From positions 215,049-279,048 of the forward strand of contig JARWZO010000005.1 in NCBI GenBank assembly GCA_029866325.1: a stretch of 64,000 nt of DNA. Reading direction: 5' to 3'. The notes beneath the pieces are model-generated. The model made no database searches, had not been told where the DNA came from, and saw only the letters and a program-made list of their open reading frames with translations. This document shows, piece after piece, positions 56,186 to 64,000 of this stretch (within the stretch, counting starts at the first letter, position 1; every line of letters begins with the position of its first letter). Position numbers and translations under genes: made by a program. The DNA comes from Fluviicola sp. GTDB lineage: Bacteria; Bacteroidota; Bacteroidia; Flavobacteriales_D; Crocinitomicaceae.

Positions 56186-58021
56186 TTATTGTACTACTAC
56201 TTTTTGAGTAGAAACAGCACCTTCAGTTTTAACAGTAACGATGTAGTTACCAGCTTTAAGGTCGTTTACAGAGATAGCAACATTTTGTGCGCCTTCTGCA
56301 TTAGTAACACTTTGAGTAGAGATTGTTCTACCAGCAAGGTCAGTAATTGCGATTTCGTAGTTACCACCTTTACCTTCAAACTTAACGTTTACAACATCAG
56401 AAGCAGGGTTAGGATAAACATCCATTCCAACTTGGTTCAATTCATTAACACCTGCAGCAGCGATATTGATGTTATCAACGTACAGGTTGTTTCCGTATTG
56501 AGATGTAGCAGTAAATTTGATATGTAATTTAGAAGCACTTGCGTAGCTAGCCAAACTTACAGTCTCATTTCTCCAATCTGAAGAAGCAGCTGGTGTAAAT
56601 GCAGCTGTTTGAGCAGCACCTGTAGACAATGTAGTTCCTTGTTTAGAGTAAACAGAAGTCCAAGTGGCACCACAATCAGAAGAAACAAAAACTTCCAATT
56701 TATCATTTTCAGTTTGGTATTGACGGTAAGCTACATCAAATGTCATGTTTGCACTTGAGATAGAAGTCATGTCAATCGGAGCAATGTACGTATCACCTTT
56801 TTTACCTGCAGTAAAGTTGTAGTTATCATACTTGATACAACCTGTGTTTGCCGTTGCACGTACCCAGTTATCTCCAGTTGTTGAAGCTACGTGGTAGTTT
56901 GTGTAAGGGAAAGCTGAACTTGTAAAGTTTTGAGAGAAGTTACCAATAGTACCAGCATCAGAGATATTTGCAAACGTAGTTGTTGCAGTACCTACAGGAG
57001 ACATTGAACCTGAACCGTTGATGTTTGTCAAGTAAGATGTCAATGTGTGTGATCCTGAAGCAGCAGCTGTAGTTGGGATAGCGAAGTTTGTAGTTCCACC
57101 TGGAGCAATGCTTCCAGAGAAAGGAGCCGTTTGAACCGTTCCACCATCAATTTGGTAATTTACAGTTGCAGTAGTAATTGTAGTACCACCATCATTGCTC
57201 AATACAGCAGTTGCACCTGACAAATCACTTGCACAGCTATAGTTTGAAGGAACAGACAAACTTTGAACTACTGCATAGTCATCCAATACAACAGGCAAAG
57301 AAACGCCAGCTTGGTAAACTTCTTTTGTTGTGTTGTTTTGAACCCAAGCAACGAAGCTCAATTCACCTAAGTCATAAAGGTAAGTAGGAATAACTACGTC
57401 GTCGAATGTAAATGTTTGTGAACCACCTGCTGAAGCAAAGTTAGAAGCTACAACTGCAGTTCCTGCTGTTCCAGGGAACATTTTACGCATTACGTTGTGG
57501 AATTCAGTTTCTCCGTTTGAACCAGGAGCAGAAGCAAAAGTGATATCTTTTTCAACCAATGCCAATTGCAATACCGTGTTTGCCGGGTTCCAAATAGCAG
57601 GAGCAGTAATTGTTACTGATACATCTGCAGTAGCAAACCCTGGATTAACGCTGTGCGTAATAGTCATAGATATAGGAGAAGCTACAGCATAACGTGTGTC
57701 GATAGCACTTTGTGTAATATCCATATTTGTTCCATCCATTACACGATCAGGAACTCCACTGATACCATAGTAACTAACACGTGAATCGATTTCTGCTGGG
57801 TTGTGGTTGTACATTGGGTCATAACCAGGCCAGCTAACTTGGTATTTAACAGCTACAATCTTAGTAGTATTCGCATCTAAAGTCGCTTGCATAGCTGGGT
57901 TTTGAGCTGCACAAGGACCACAAGAAGCTTGTGAGAACGCCTCTGCAAGAACCAAACGTTGTTGTGAGTAAGTTACTCCGAATGCAGAAAGCGCTCCGAA
58001 GAATAGTAAAGCTTTTTTCAT
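56186..58021 (-). CDS. Omp28/thioredoxin-like domain protein with Ig-like and adhesin-like domains and a T9SS type A CTD
   Basis: LVLAEAFSQASCGPC (CxxC), VKYQVSWPGYDPMY, GVPDRVMDG, HNVMRKMFPG, YIDNI-like YVDNINI, CTD VYPNPAS...GNYIV...KVVVQ. Confidence 0.8.
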   Translation of the reverse strand: MKKALLFFGALSAFGVTYSQQRLVLAEAFSQASCGPCAAQNPAMQATLDANTTKIVAVKYQVSWPGYDPMYNHNPAEIDSRVSYYGISGVPDRVMDGTNMDITQSAIDTRYAVASPISMTITHSVNPGFATADVSVTITAPAIWNPANTVLQLALVEKDITFASAPGSNGETEFHNVMRKMFPGTAGTAVVASNFASAGGSQTFTFDDVVIPTYLYDLGELSFVAWVQNNTTKEVYQAGVSLPVVLDDYAVVQSLSVPSNYSCASDLSGATAVLSNDGGTTITTATVNYQIDGGTVQTAPFSGSIAPGGTTNFAIPTTAAASGSHTLTSYLTNINGSGSMSPVGTATTTFANISDAGTIGNFSQNFTSSAFPYTNYHVASTTGDNWVRATANTGCIKYDNYNFTAGKKGDTYIAPIDMTSISSANMTFDVAYRQYQTENDKLEVFVSSDCGATWTSVYSKQGTTLSTGAAQTAAFTPAASSDWRNETVSLASYASASKLHIKFTATSQYGNNLYVDNINIAAAGVNELNQVGMDVYPNPASDVVNVKFEGKGGNYEIAITDLAGRTISTQSVTNAEGAQNVAISVNDLKAGNYIVTVKTEGAVSTQKVVVQ

Positions 58022-58047
58022 ATTGCTTGAAATTTTATAGTACATAC

Positions 58048-58125
58048 CAAATCTAAGAGATGTTTTTGTTACTTACTAATTAATGTTACCTTAAAAGAAG
58101 TTTGATTATTGGAATGCTAAATTTG
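58048..58125. promoter_or_regulatory. Divergent -7 promoter boxes (TAGATTTG on the minus strand, 58048-58055; TAAATTTG on the plus strand, 58118-58125)
   Basis: Both match TAnnTTTG, about 25 nt upstream of the respective start codons. Confidence 0.55.
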
Positions 58126-58148
58126 TGTCAAATTGATAGTTTAGAAGT

Positions 58149-58844
58149 ATGAAGCTCAAAATGATTGTTTTAACCGGGGCAGGAATCAGTGCTGAAAGTG
58201 GTATTGCGACGTTTCGCGATTCTGACGGGTTGTGGGAACAGTACCGTATTGAGGATGTTGCCACACCTGAAGCTTGGAAGAAAAATCCGGAATTGGTGCA
58301 GCGCTTTTACAACGAGCGCAGAAAACAGGTAATGGCTTGTGAACCTAATGCAGCACATCGTTTCTTTGCGCAATGCGAAGAATTGTTTGATGTGACAATT
58401 ATTACACAGAATATTGACGATTTACACCATCGCGGAGGTAGTTCGAACATCTTACACTTACATGGTGAAATTCGAAAAAGTAAGAGTTCCGGTCCGAAAC
58501 AGGAAGATGCCTATTACGACATTGAAGGCTGGGAATTAACGATGGAGAATCGCTGTAAGGATGGTTATACGCTCCGGCCACACGTTGTTTGGTTCGGTGA
58601 AGCCGTTCCGAATCTTGAAAAAGCCGTTTTAACAGTTGCCGAAGCAGATATTTTAGTGGTGGTAGGAACGTCATTGAATGTTTATCCGGCAGCAAATCTG
58701 ATTCATTACACACCCGACCATTGCCGCAAATTTGTCATTGACCCGAAAGCGGATGAATTGGAAGTACCTCGATCGTTTACCAAGATCAACGCCACGGCTG
58801 TAGAAGGAGTGAAGCTACTTGAAGAATTTCTGACTCAAAAGTAA
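58149..58844 (+). CDS. cobB: NAD-dependent protein deacylase (sirtuin)
   Basis: LTGAGISAESGIATFRD, ITQNIDDLH, HLHGE, LRPHVVWFGE and VGTSLNVYPAA. Confidence 0.93.
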   Translation: MKLKMIVLTGAGISAESGIATFRDSDGLWEQYRIEDVATPEAWKKNPELVQRFYNERRKQVMACEPNAAHRFFAQCEELFDVTIITQNIDDLHHRGGSSNILHLHGEIRKSKSSGPKQEDAYYDIEGWELTMENRCKDGYTLRPHVVWFGEAVPNLEKAVLTVAEADILVVVGTSLNVYPAANLIHYTPDHCRKFVIDPKADELEVPRSFTKINATAVEGVKLLEEFLTQK

Positions 58845-58850
58845 GAGCAT

Positions 58851-58884
58851 AAAAAAAGTCATCCGCCCGAGACGAATGACTTTT
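58851..58884. terminator. Bidirectional terminator between convergent genes
   Basis: AAAAGTCATCCG-loop-CGAATGACTTTT. Confidence 0.75.
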
Positions 58885-58908
58885 CAAAGTTATAACTGAG
58901 TAATTAAA

Positions 58909-59664
58909 TCAATGCTTCACCACAATGCGTCGTGTTTGAATGGCTTCACCTTTTTCGGCAACTGTAATTAAATAAACACCGTTTTTGAAGTTGCTGACAT
59001 CAATTTTCTCGATTGCACCTGCTTCATCAGCGTAAACTACTTTGCCCAATATATCTGTCACACGAACTGTGTAATCGCCTGAAGCACCTACTGTATTAAT
59101 AGTGATCATGCTAGACGCAGGATTCGGGTAAGCGGTCATGCCAGCTTGAATAGGTTGTGGCTCATTGATTGAAGCAGTTTGGTTAATGTGAATATCAATA
59201 CTATCCAATTTAGTTGAACCATCCAGGAAATAATAACGGTATAATCCACCACCTTCTGTCGTGTTAATCGTAAATTTTGGTTTAAACTCAGCGGTAGAAT
59301 CATTCATTACCGTCATAGTACTAGGAGAAGTCCAAGGATTTACTGCGCTATAAGGATAGCATGTACCATTAAAGTCTGGATCATAACATGGCGCCCAGCA
59401 ATTTACTTCAGTCCACTCGCTTGGCACATCCAACCGATTACGTTGGATAGAGATCATCTTTGTTGATCCGGACATATTTTTTATGTAAAAATGAAGCTCT
59501 ATTTGTCCGCCGACCGGAACGTCATTTTCAACATGTACAGTGCCTCCGACATCAACAGATCCAGCATCAGCAGCATCGCAAGAGGTCACATGGTAAACTT
59601 CATATTGTCCCCAGCTCAAAGAGACAAGTGACAAGGCGGCAAAAAAAGTGTATATTTTTTTCAT
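58909..59664 (-). CDS. Small T9SS type A cargo with one Ig-like domain carrying a CWAPCY motif
   Basis: Signal peptide; NCWAPCY...GTCY; CTD AYPNPASS...VTDILGKVV...NGVYLI...RRIVVKH. Confidence 0.8.
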   Translation of the reverse strand: MKKIYTFFAALSLVSLSWGQYEVYHVTSCDAADAGSVDVGGTVHVENDVPVGGQIELHFYIKNMSGSTKMISIQRNRLDVPSEWTEVNCWAPCYDPDFNGTCYPYSAVNPWTSPSTMTVMNDSTAEFKPKFTINTTEGGGLYRYYFLDGSTKLDSIDIHINQTASINEPQPIQAGMTAYPNPASSMITINTVGASGDYTVRVTDILGKVVYADEAGAIEKIDVSNFKNGVYLITVAEKGEAIQTRRIVVKH

Positions 59665-59704
59665 GTGCTATATTATTTGTGTGTATAAAATTTACTAGAT
59701 TATT

Positions 59705-60799
59705 TTAGTTTCCAGAGTCAGTAATAATAAACCCCGTTACTAGGTTTACCGGAGATGCATAAGAATTAGGTAAAGTTAGTATATCTCGTTCTGTGATTGT
59801 TGAAAAAACAGAGGAAGTTGTTGTAGACCAAGTGCTAATTGGAGGTGAAATGCCAAGTGGATGATATAAATATAGTTTTGCCCAGTCATACGCAGATCTC
59901 GATAGAAAGCCATCTGAAGCGACATCTACTTCATGGTTAAAACTAAAAGTAGTTTGAGGTAAATTCAAATTTGTGATTGTTTCGGTCAAGGAAGTTAGAT
60001 TTAATCTGTATAACTGACTTCCGACATTTGCACCGGTTGAAACATTTATTCGACGTAGATACATGATATTGTTTTCCGCAGGATTACCTGTAAGTGATCC
60101 AGAGAAATCCATACCTGCGAAAGCAATTCCTGGGTAAGATTTAACCAATGTTGCAGCACCAGTTGTAGGATTAATTCTGGCTACTATAGAATTTGAGACA
60201 AAAGTTGAACTATTACACCAAATGAACAGGCCATACATTTCGCTACTTACATTGTCATACTCAATATCGTGCAGTACCCAACCACTACTTGCCGGAGCAA
60301 AGGACGCCGTAACGATAACCTGCGAATTTATGGTATAGTTATTTGTTGCATTCATAGTTGCAAACAACAGATAATGCTTGGAATTGGCCGAAACGCTCGT
60401 TATGCTACTTGATGTACTTAAAATCAAACTTGGGTTATATGGACTAACGGCTCTATTTACCGCCAAACCAGTCAAAGACCAACTTCCACCTATTTCATTT
60501 GGTAATTCACCCAACAAATTCGGATTGTAAACTTGAGAGGCGGATGTGCCATTTGAATTCAAAACACCAAGTGTCAATCGCGAAAAAGGGTTTGAAGTGC
60601 CCCATGGGGTTATCCCATCAGGCAAAAAACCTATTCTTGGCCGTTGATTTGCTGGAATAAGCACTATTGTACAAGGAGGGGATATTTTTTCAGATTTTAA
60701 GTTAACGCCACTAAGATTTTTGTTTTTCGAGATTTTGTTACATCCTTGAAAAACTAAAACACTACTTAAGGTTAATAACGTAAGTAACTTAATTTTCAT
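59705..60799 (-). CDS. AT-rich hypothetical lipoprotein (possible beta-propeller)
   Basis: Long ORF with lipobox VFQGC from MKIKLL; Ser/Thr/Asn-rich; no recognised family. Confidence 0.6.
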   Translation of the reverse strand: MKIKLLTLLTLSSVLVFQGCNKISKNKNLSGVNLKSEKISPPCTIVLIPANQRPRIGFLPDGITPWGTSNPFSRLTLGVLNSNGTSASQVYNPNLLGELPNEIGGSWSLTGLAVNRAVSPYNPSLILSTSSSITSVSANSKHYLLFATMNATNNYTINSQVIVTASFAPASSGWVLHDIEYDNVSSEMYGLFIWCNSSTFVSNSIVARINPTTGAATLVKSYPGIAFAGMDFSGSLTGNPAENNIMYLRRINVSTGANVGSQLYRLNLTSLTETITNLNLPQTTFSFNHEVDVASDGFLSRSAYDWAKLYLYHPLGISPPISTWSTTTSSVFSTITERDILTLPNSYASPVNLVTGFIITDSGN

Positions 60800-61081
60800 C
60801 ACTTTAATGTTTTGAACAAATATAAGCCAAAAATCCACTTGATTTATAGGCGTTTTCAAGGCTTTGTTCGATAAGAATACAATTTTTCAGCATTTCCACA
60901 TACAGGCTTACTACTAAAAAAGGGTAAAATTCGCCGTAAACATCTTGTATTGGCTTTTTCGTTGATTAAACGGTAAAAAAGTATTTGTGTTAGCTTTTCA
61001 ATAATTATAGTCAAGCTTTGTTATTTTTAGGAATACAAGAGTCTGTTGAAACTCAAAAATACAGAACTGAGTATTTCGGCT

Positions 61082-61089
61082 TATATTTG
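61082..61089 (+). promoter_or_regulatory. -7 promoter element (TATATTTG) for the TlpA operon
   Basis: TAnnTTTG 45 nt upstream of the ATG at 61134. Confidence 0.55.
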
Positions 61090-61133
61090 GATTTCGGCAT
61101 GGAAGTTGAAAGATTGCTGAAAAATCATAAACT

Positions 61134-61637
61134 ATGAAAAAAATTGCTTTACTATTTATCGGACTTGCACTCACCACATTGTCTATCGCACAAGAAGAAG
61201 GAAGTGTAAAACAATTACCTGAAGTGACGTTGAAAGACATGGAAGGGAAAACGGTTAAAACGAATAAATTGGGCTTTGAAGGTCCGGTGGTGATTTCGTT
61301 TTGGGCAACTTGGTGTGCACCATGTAAACGTGAATTGAATACCATTCATGAGACGTATGCAGATTGGCAAGCAGAAACCGGGGTGAACATTGTAGCCATT
61401 TCCATCGATGATCAAAAAACAATGGATCAGGTGCCAGTATACGTAAACGGAAAAGGATGGGAATATCTTGTATTGATGGACCCGAACGGTGATTTCAAAC
61501 GCGCTATGGGAGTAAACAACGTGCCACATACATTTTTGGTTGATGCTGATGGAAACATCGTTTACTCGCACAACAGTTACGCACCTGGCGACGAAGAAAA
61601 ACTCTACGAAGAGATCAAAAAACTAGCTAAAAAATAG
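61134..61637 (+). CDS. TlpA-family periplasmic thiol-disulfide oxidoreductase
   Basis: Signal peptide; SFWATWCAPCKREL; VAISID; cis-Pro loop VPHTFLVD. Confidence 0.92.
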   Translation: MKKIALLFIGLALTTLSIAQEEGSVKQLPEVTLKDMEGKTVKTNKLGFEGPVVISFWATWCAPCKRELNTIHETYADWQAETGVNIVAISIDDQKTMDQVPVYVNGKGWEYLVLMDPNGDFKRAMGVNNVPHTFLVDADGNIVYSHNSYAPGDEEKLYEEIKKLAKK

Positions 61638-61648
61638 ACATCCTCTAC

Positions 61649-63325
61649 ATGAAAAATTGGATCATTGGTATCGCTGCATTGTCCGGGTCGCTTAACGCAC
61701 TCGGACAATCTTCTTTAGGGTCGATTACAGGGAATATGGAAGCTACTTTCCAGTACCTGAATAACGACTCGCTTATAGGCGCAACACAACCTGCTGAAAA
61801 GGGTTTGTTGAATTCGTACATGAATGTATTTTACACCAACGGGCATTTCAAAGCCGGTGCGCGTGTTGAATCATACCTGCCGCGAATTCAGGGATATCCG
61901 AATCGTTTCGACGGAACGGGAATAGGGATGCGTTATGTAGGTTACGTCAATGATTATGTGGATGTGACGCTCGGAAATTTCTACGAACAATTCGGTTCCG
62001 GAATGATTTTCCGTGCTTACGAAGATCGCAACTTAGGGTATGACAATACCGTTGATGGCGGACGTCTTATTCTGCGTCCGATTAAAGGGATTCAACTAAA
62101 AGGAATTTACGGAATACAACGCTATTCATTTGAAGGTGGTCGTGTAGTAGGAGCAGCCGGGATTACACGTGGCTTTGATGGTGAATTGCACTTAAATTCA
62201 CTCCTCCCGCGGCTTGATTCAAGTGGATTCGACATTACGTTTGGCGGTTCATTTGTGAGCAAATACCAAAAAGATGATCGCGAAGATTTGATACTTCCGG
62301 AGAATGTAGGAAGTTACGGTGGACGTTTTCAAGTGCGCTATAAAAAATTCGACTTAAAAGCAGAATACATCCACAAAGAAAACGATCCTTCTGAGGACAA
62401 TTATTACATCTACAATCCCGGGCATGCGGCCTTAATTAATTTTGGGTATTCGCGAAAAGGATTTGGTTTTGCACTTTCTGCCAAATCGGTAGACAATATG
62501 AGTTACCGTGCCGATCGCACCAAAGGTTTGCAAGATGCATTCATCAACTATTTGCCTGCGTTGAACAAAACGCATTCCTACAACTTGGTTGCTACCTTGT
62601 ATCCTTATGCAACCCGACCTGTTGGTGAAATTGCTTATCAAGCAGAAGTTTTATACACGATTGCAAAGGAAAAAACCCGCAGAGGAAAATATGGCATTCC
62701 AATCAATGTGAACTTTTCAACGGCTTATATGCCCATGCTGCACACGTCAGGAATCGATTCGACTGATGGAAGTGGAATTATGTATGTTGGCAGACCGTTT
62801 GATATGAGTGATAGTTTGATGTGGCGTGATTTTAACGTCAATATCTCCTACAAATTCAACAAAGCAGTGAGCTTGACCCTTGCATATTTCAACATTACAT
62901 TGAATAATGATGTTTCTAAAGTAACTGAAGATGCAGTGGGATTGATCAATGCCAATATCGGGGTTGCTGAAATCGGTTGGAAGATCAATAAGAAACACAA
63001 TCTCCGTACCGAGTTACAAGCGCTGTTTGTTCCCAATGACAATAACGGACTTGCAATTGACAAAGGAAATTGGGCAACAATTGTAATGGAATATACCATT
63101 TCACCGGGATGGTTCTTTGGTTTAATAGATCAATATAATTATGGAAATTCGAATGAAGATCGTCGATTGCACCATGTTTACGGTTCAATTGGGTGGATAA
63201 AAGACGCAACTCGTTTAACAATCAACTATGGTCGTCAACGTGCCGGGTTGTTTTGTGTAGGTGGTGTGTGTCGTGTGGTTCCTGCATCTAATGGACTCAC
63301 ACTTTCATTCACGCAAAGTTTTTAA
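61649..63325 (+). CDS. DUF6029-family outer-membrane beta-barrel protein
   Basis: Signal peptide; GNFYEQFGSGMIFRAYEDR; C-terminal YGRQRAGLFCVGGVCRVVP...SF ending in Phe. Confidence 0.8.
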   Translation: MKNWIIGIAALSGSLNALGQSSLGSITGNMEATFQYLNNDSLIGATQPAEKGLLNSYMNVFYTNGHFKAGARVESYLPRIQGYPNRFDGTGIGMRYVGYVNDYVDVTLGNFYEQFGSGMIFRAYEDRNLGYDNTVDGGRLILRPIKGIQLKGIYGIQRYSFEGGRVVGAAGITRGFDGELHLNSLLPRLDSSGFDITFGGSFVSKYQKDDREDLILPENVGSYGGRFQVRYKKFDLKAEYIHKENDPSEDNYYIYNPGHAALINFGYSRKGFGFALSAKSVDNMSYRADRTKGLQDAFINYLPALNKTHSYNLVATLYPYATRPVGEIAYQAEVLYTIAKEKTRRGKYGIPINVNFSTAYMPMLHTSGIDSTDGSGIMYVGRPFDMSDSLMWRDFNVNISYKFNKAVSLTLAYFNITLNNDVSKVTEDAVGLINANIGVAEIGWKINKKHNLRTELQALFVPNDNNGLAIDKGNWATIVMEYTISPGWFFGLIDQYNYGNSNEDRRLHHVYGSIGWIKDATRLTINYGRQRAGLFCVGGVCRVVPASNGLTLSFTQSF

Positions 63326-63343
63326 TTTAATTAGGTAAGTAAG

Positions 63344-64000
63344 ATGAAAAAAATCCTTGTTGCATCAGTTCTTTTGGCAGGTATCTTAGTTGGTAGTTCC
63401 TGTGATCGGGTTACGAATATAAATCCACAAACAACCTCAACTACTTTAGATTGGTCGTTGTATCCGGGCGGAGATTCCTTGACGTATGTTCAAAACAACC
63501 TCTGGCCTTCATTCACACCCAATACGAATACGTTACGCAATGTGCTAATTGAAGATTTTACGGGTCATCAGTGCGTGAATTGTCCGGATGCCACGGCCAA
63601 TATGGAGCAATTGATTGCCACCAATCCATCTCGTATTTACGGTGTGGCTATTCATGCCGGAGCAACTGGATTGACATCTTTTCAAGAAGTGAATGCTGAT
63701 TTTCCGAACCATTTGTATTGCGATGAAGGTTTGGAGATAGGAACTTTCTTTGGTTCTATACCCGGTTCTGATTTTTTTGGGAATCCTAAGTTTTGTGTAA
63801 ACCGCGTAATAGCAAATGATCAGTTTATGTCAAATGCTGGTTCAGCAATCGCCAATAAAACCACTAACTGTTTGGCTTCAGGGCTAAAGGTTAATATACA
63901 AGCTGCTTCGAATTATTTTGCCAGTACACGTGGCTTGTTCTTGCATACGGAAGTTGATCAATTAGATCAATCAATAACCAGTGATTTGGGTATTGTAGTA
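63344..64000 (+). CDS. Omp28-family outer-membrane lipoprotein (3'-truncated by the window; absent from the ORF track)
   Basis: Manual translation gives MKKILVASVLLAGILVGSSC-DRV...RNVLIEDFTGHQCVNCPDA...GVAIHAG, with a lipobox and the EDFTGxxCxxCP Omp28 motif. Confidence 0.85.
   Translation, partial: MKKILVASVLLAGILVGSSCDRVTNINPQTTSTTLDWSLYPGGDSLTYVQNNLWPSFTPNTNTLRNVLIEDFTGHQCVNCPDATANMEQLIATNPSRIYGVAIHAGATGLTSFQEVNADFPNHLYCDEGLEIGTFFGSIPGSDFFGNPKFCVNRVIANDQFMSNAGSAIANKTTNCLASGLKVNIQAASNYFASTRGLFLHTEVDQLDQSITSDLGIVV

Noticed and set aside
1-64000. CRISPR array, tRNA/rRNA genes, prophage, intact transposase or integrase, defence systems
   Set aside because: No regularly spaced direct repeats, no cloverleaf or rRNA signatures, and no ORF with DDE, tyrosine-recombinase, phage or defence motifs.

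Overview
A 64-kb chromosomal window from a Bacteroidota bacterium. Gene content and order suggest Flavobacteriales, possibly Crocinitomicaceae/Fluviicola-like (inference). TAnnTTTG promoter boxes sit just upstream of many start codons. The backbone is housekeeping: nusA-infB, mreCD-mrdA-rodA, purH-mreB, purN, acpP-fabF-rnc, pyk, asd, a DEAD-box helicase, maeB-ruvA-sprA and cobB. It is interleaved with a small surface-glycan cluster and many type IX secretion (T9SS) genes: the SprA translocon, a PorP/SprF barrel and five or six CTD-bearing cargos. I saw no tRNA, rRNA, CRISPR array, prophage or intact transposase. Two loci stand out. (1) A thiol-motif-rich envelope locus at 56-64 kb: TlpA, a DUF6029 beta-barrel with a C-terminal Cx4C, an Omp28 CxxC lipoprotein that the ORF track missed, and two divergent Cys-motif T9SS cargos. 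I hypothesise a trans-outer-membrane disulfide relay. (2) An MbnP (WxW) - MbnH/MauG-type diheme - YHYH/T9SS operon, a candidate secreted copper-handling system. The intergenic DNA holds several dispersed repeat families: a ~102-bp MITE-like pair flanking two genes, heptamer-built inverted repeats with and without a decayed cargo, a 34-bp element seen three times, and GC palindromes. All family assignments come from motif recognition by eye; no database search was run.
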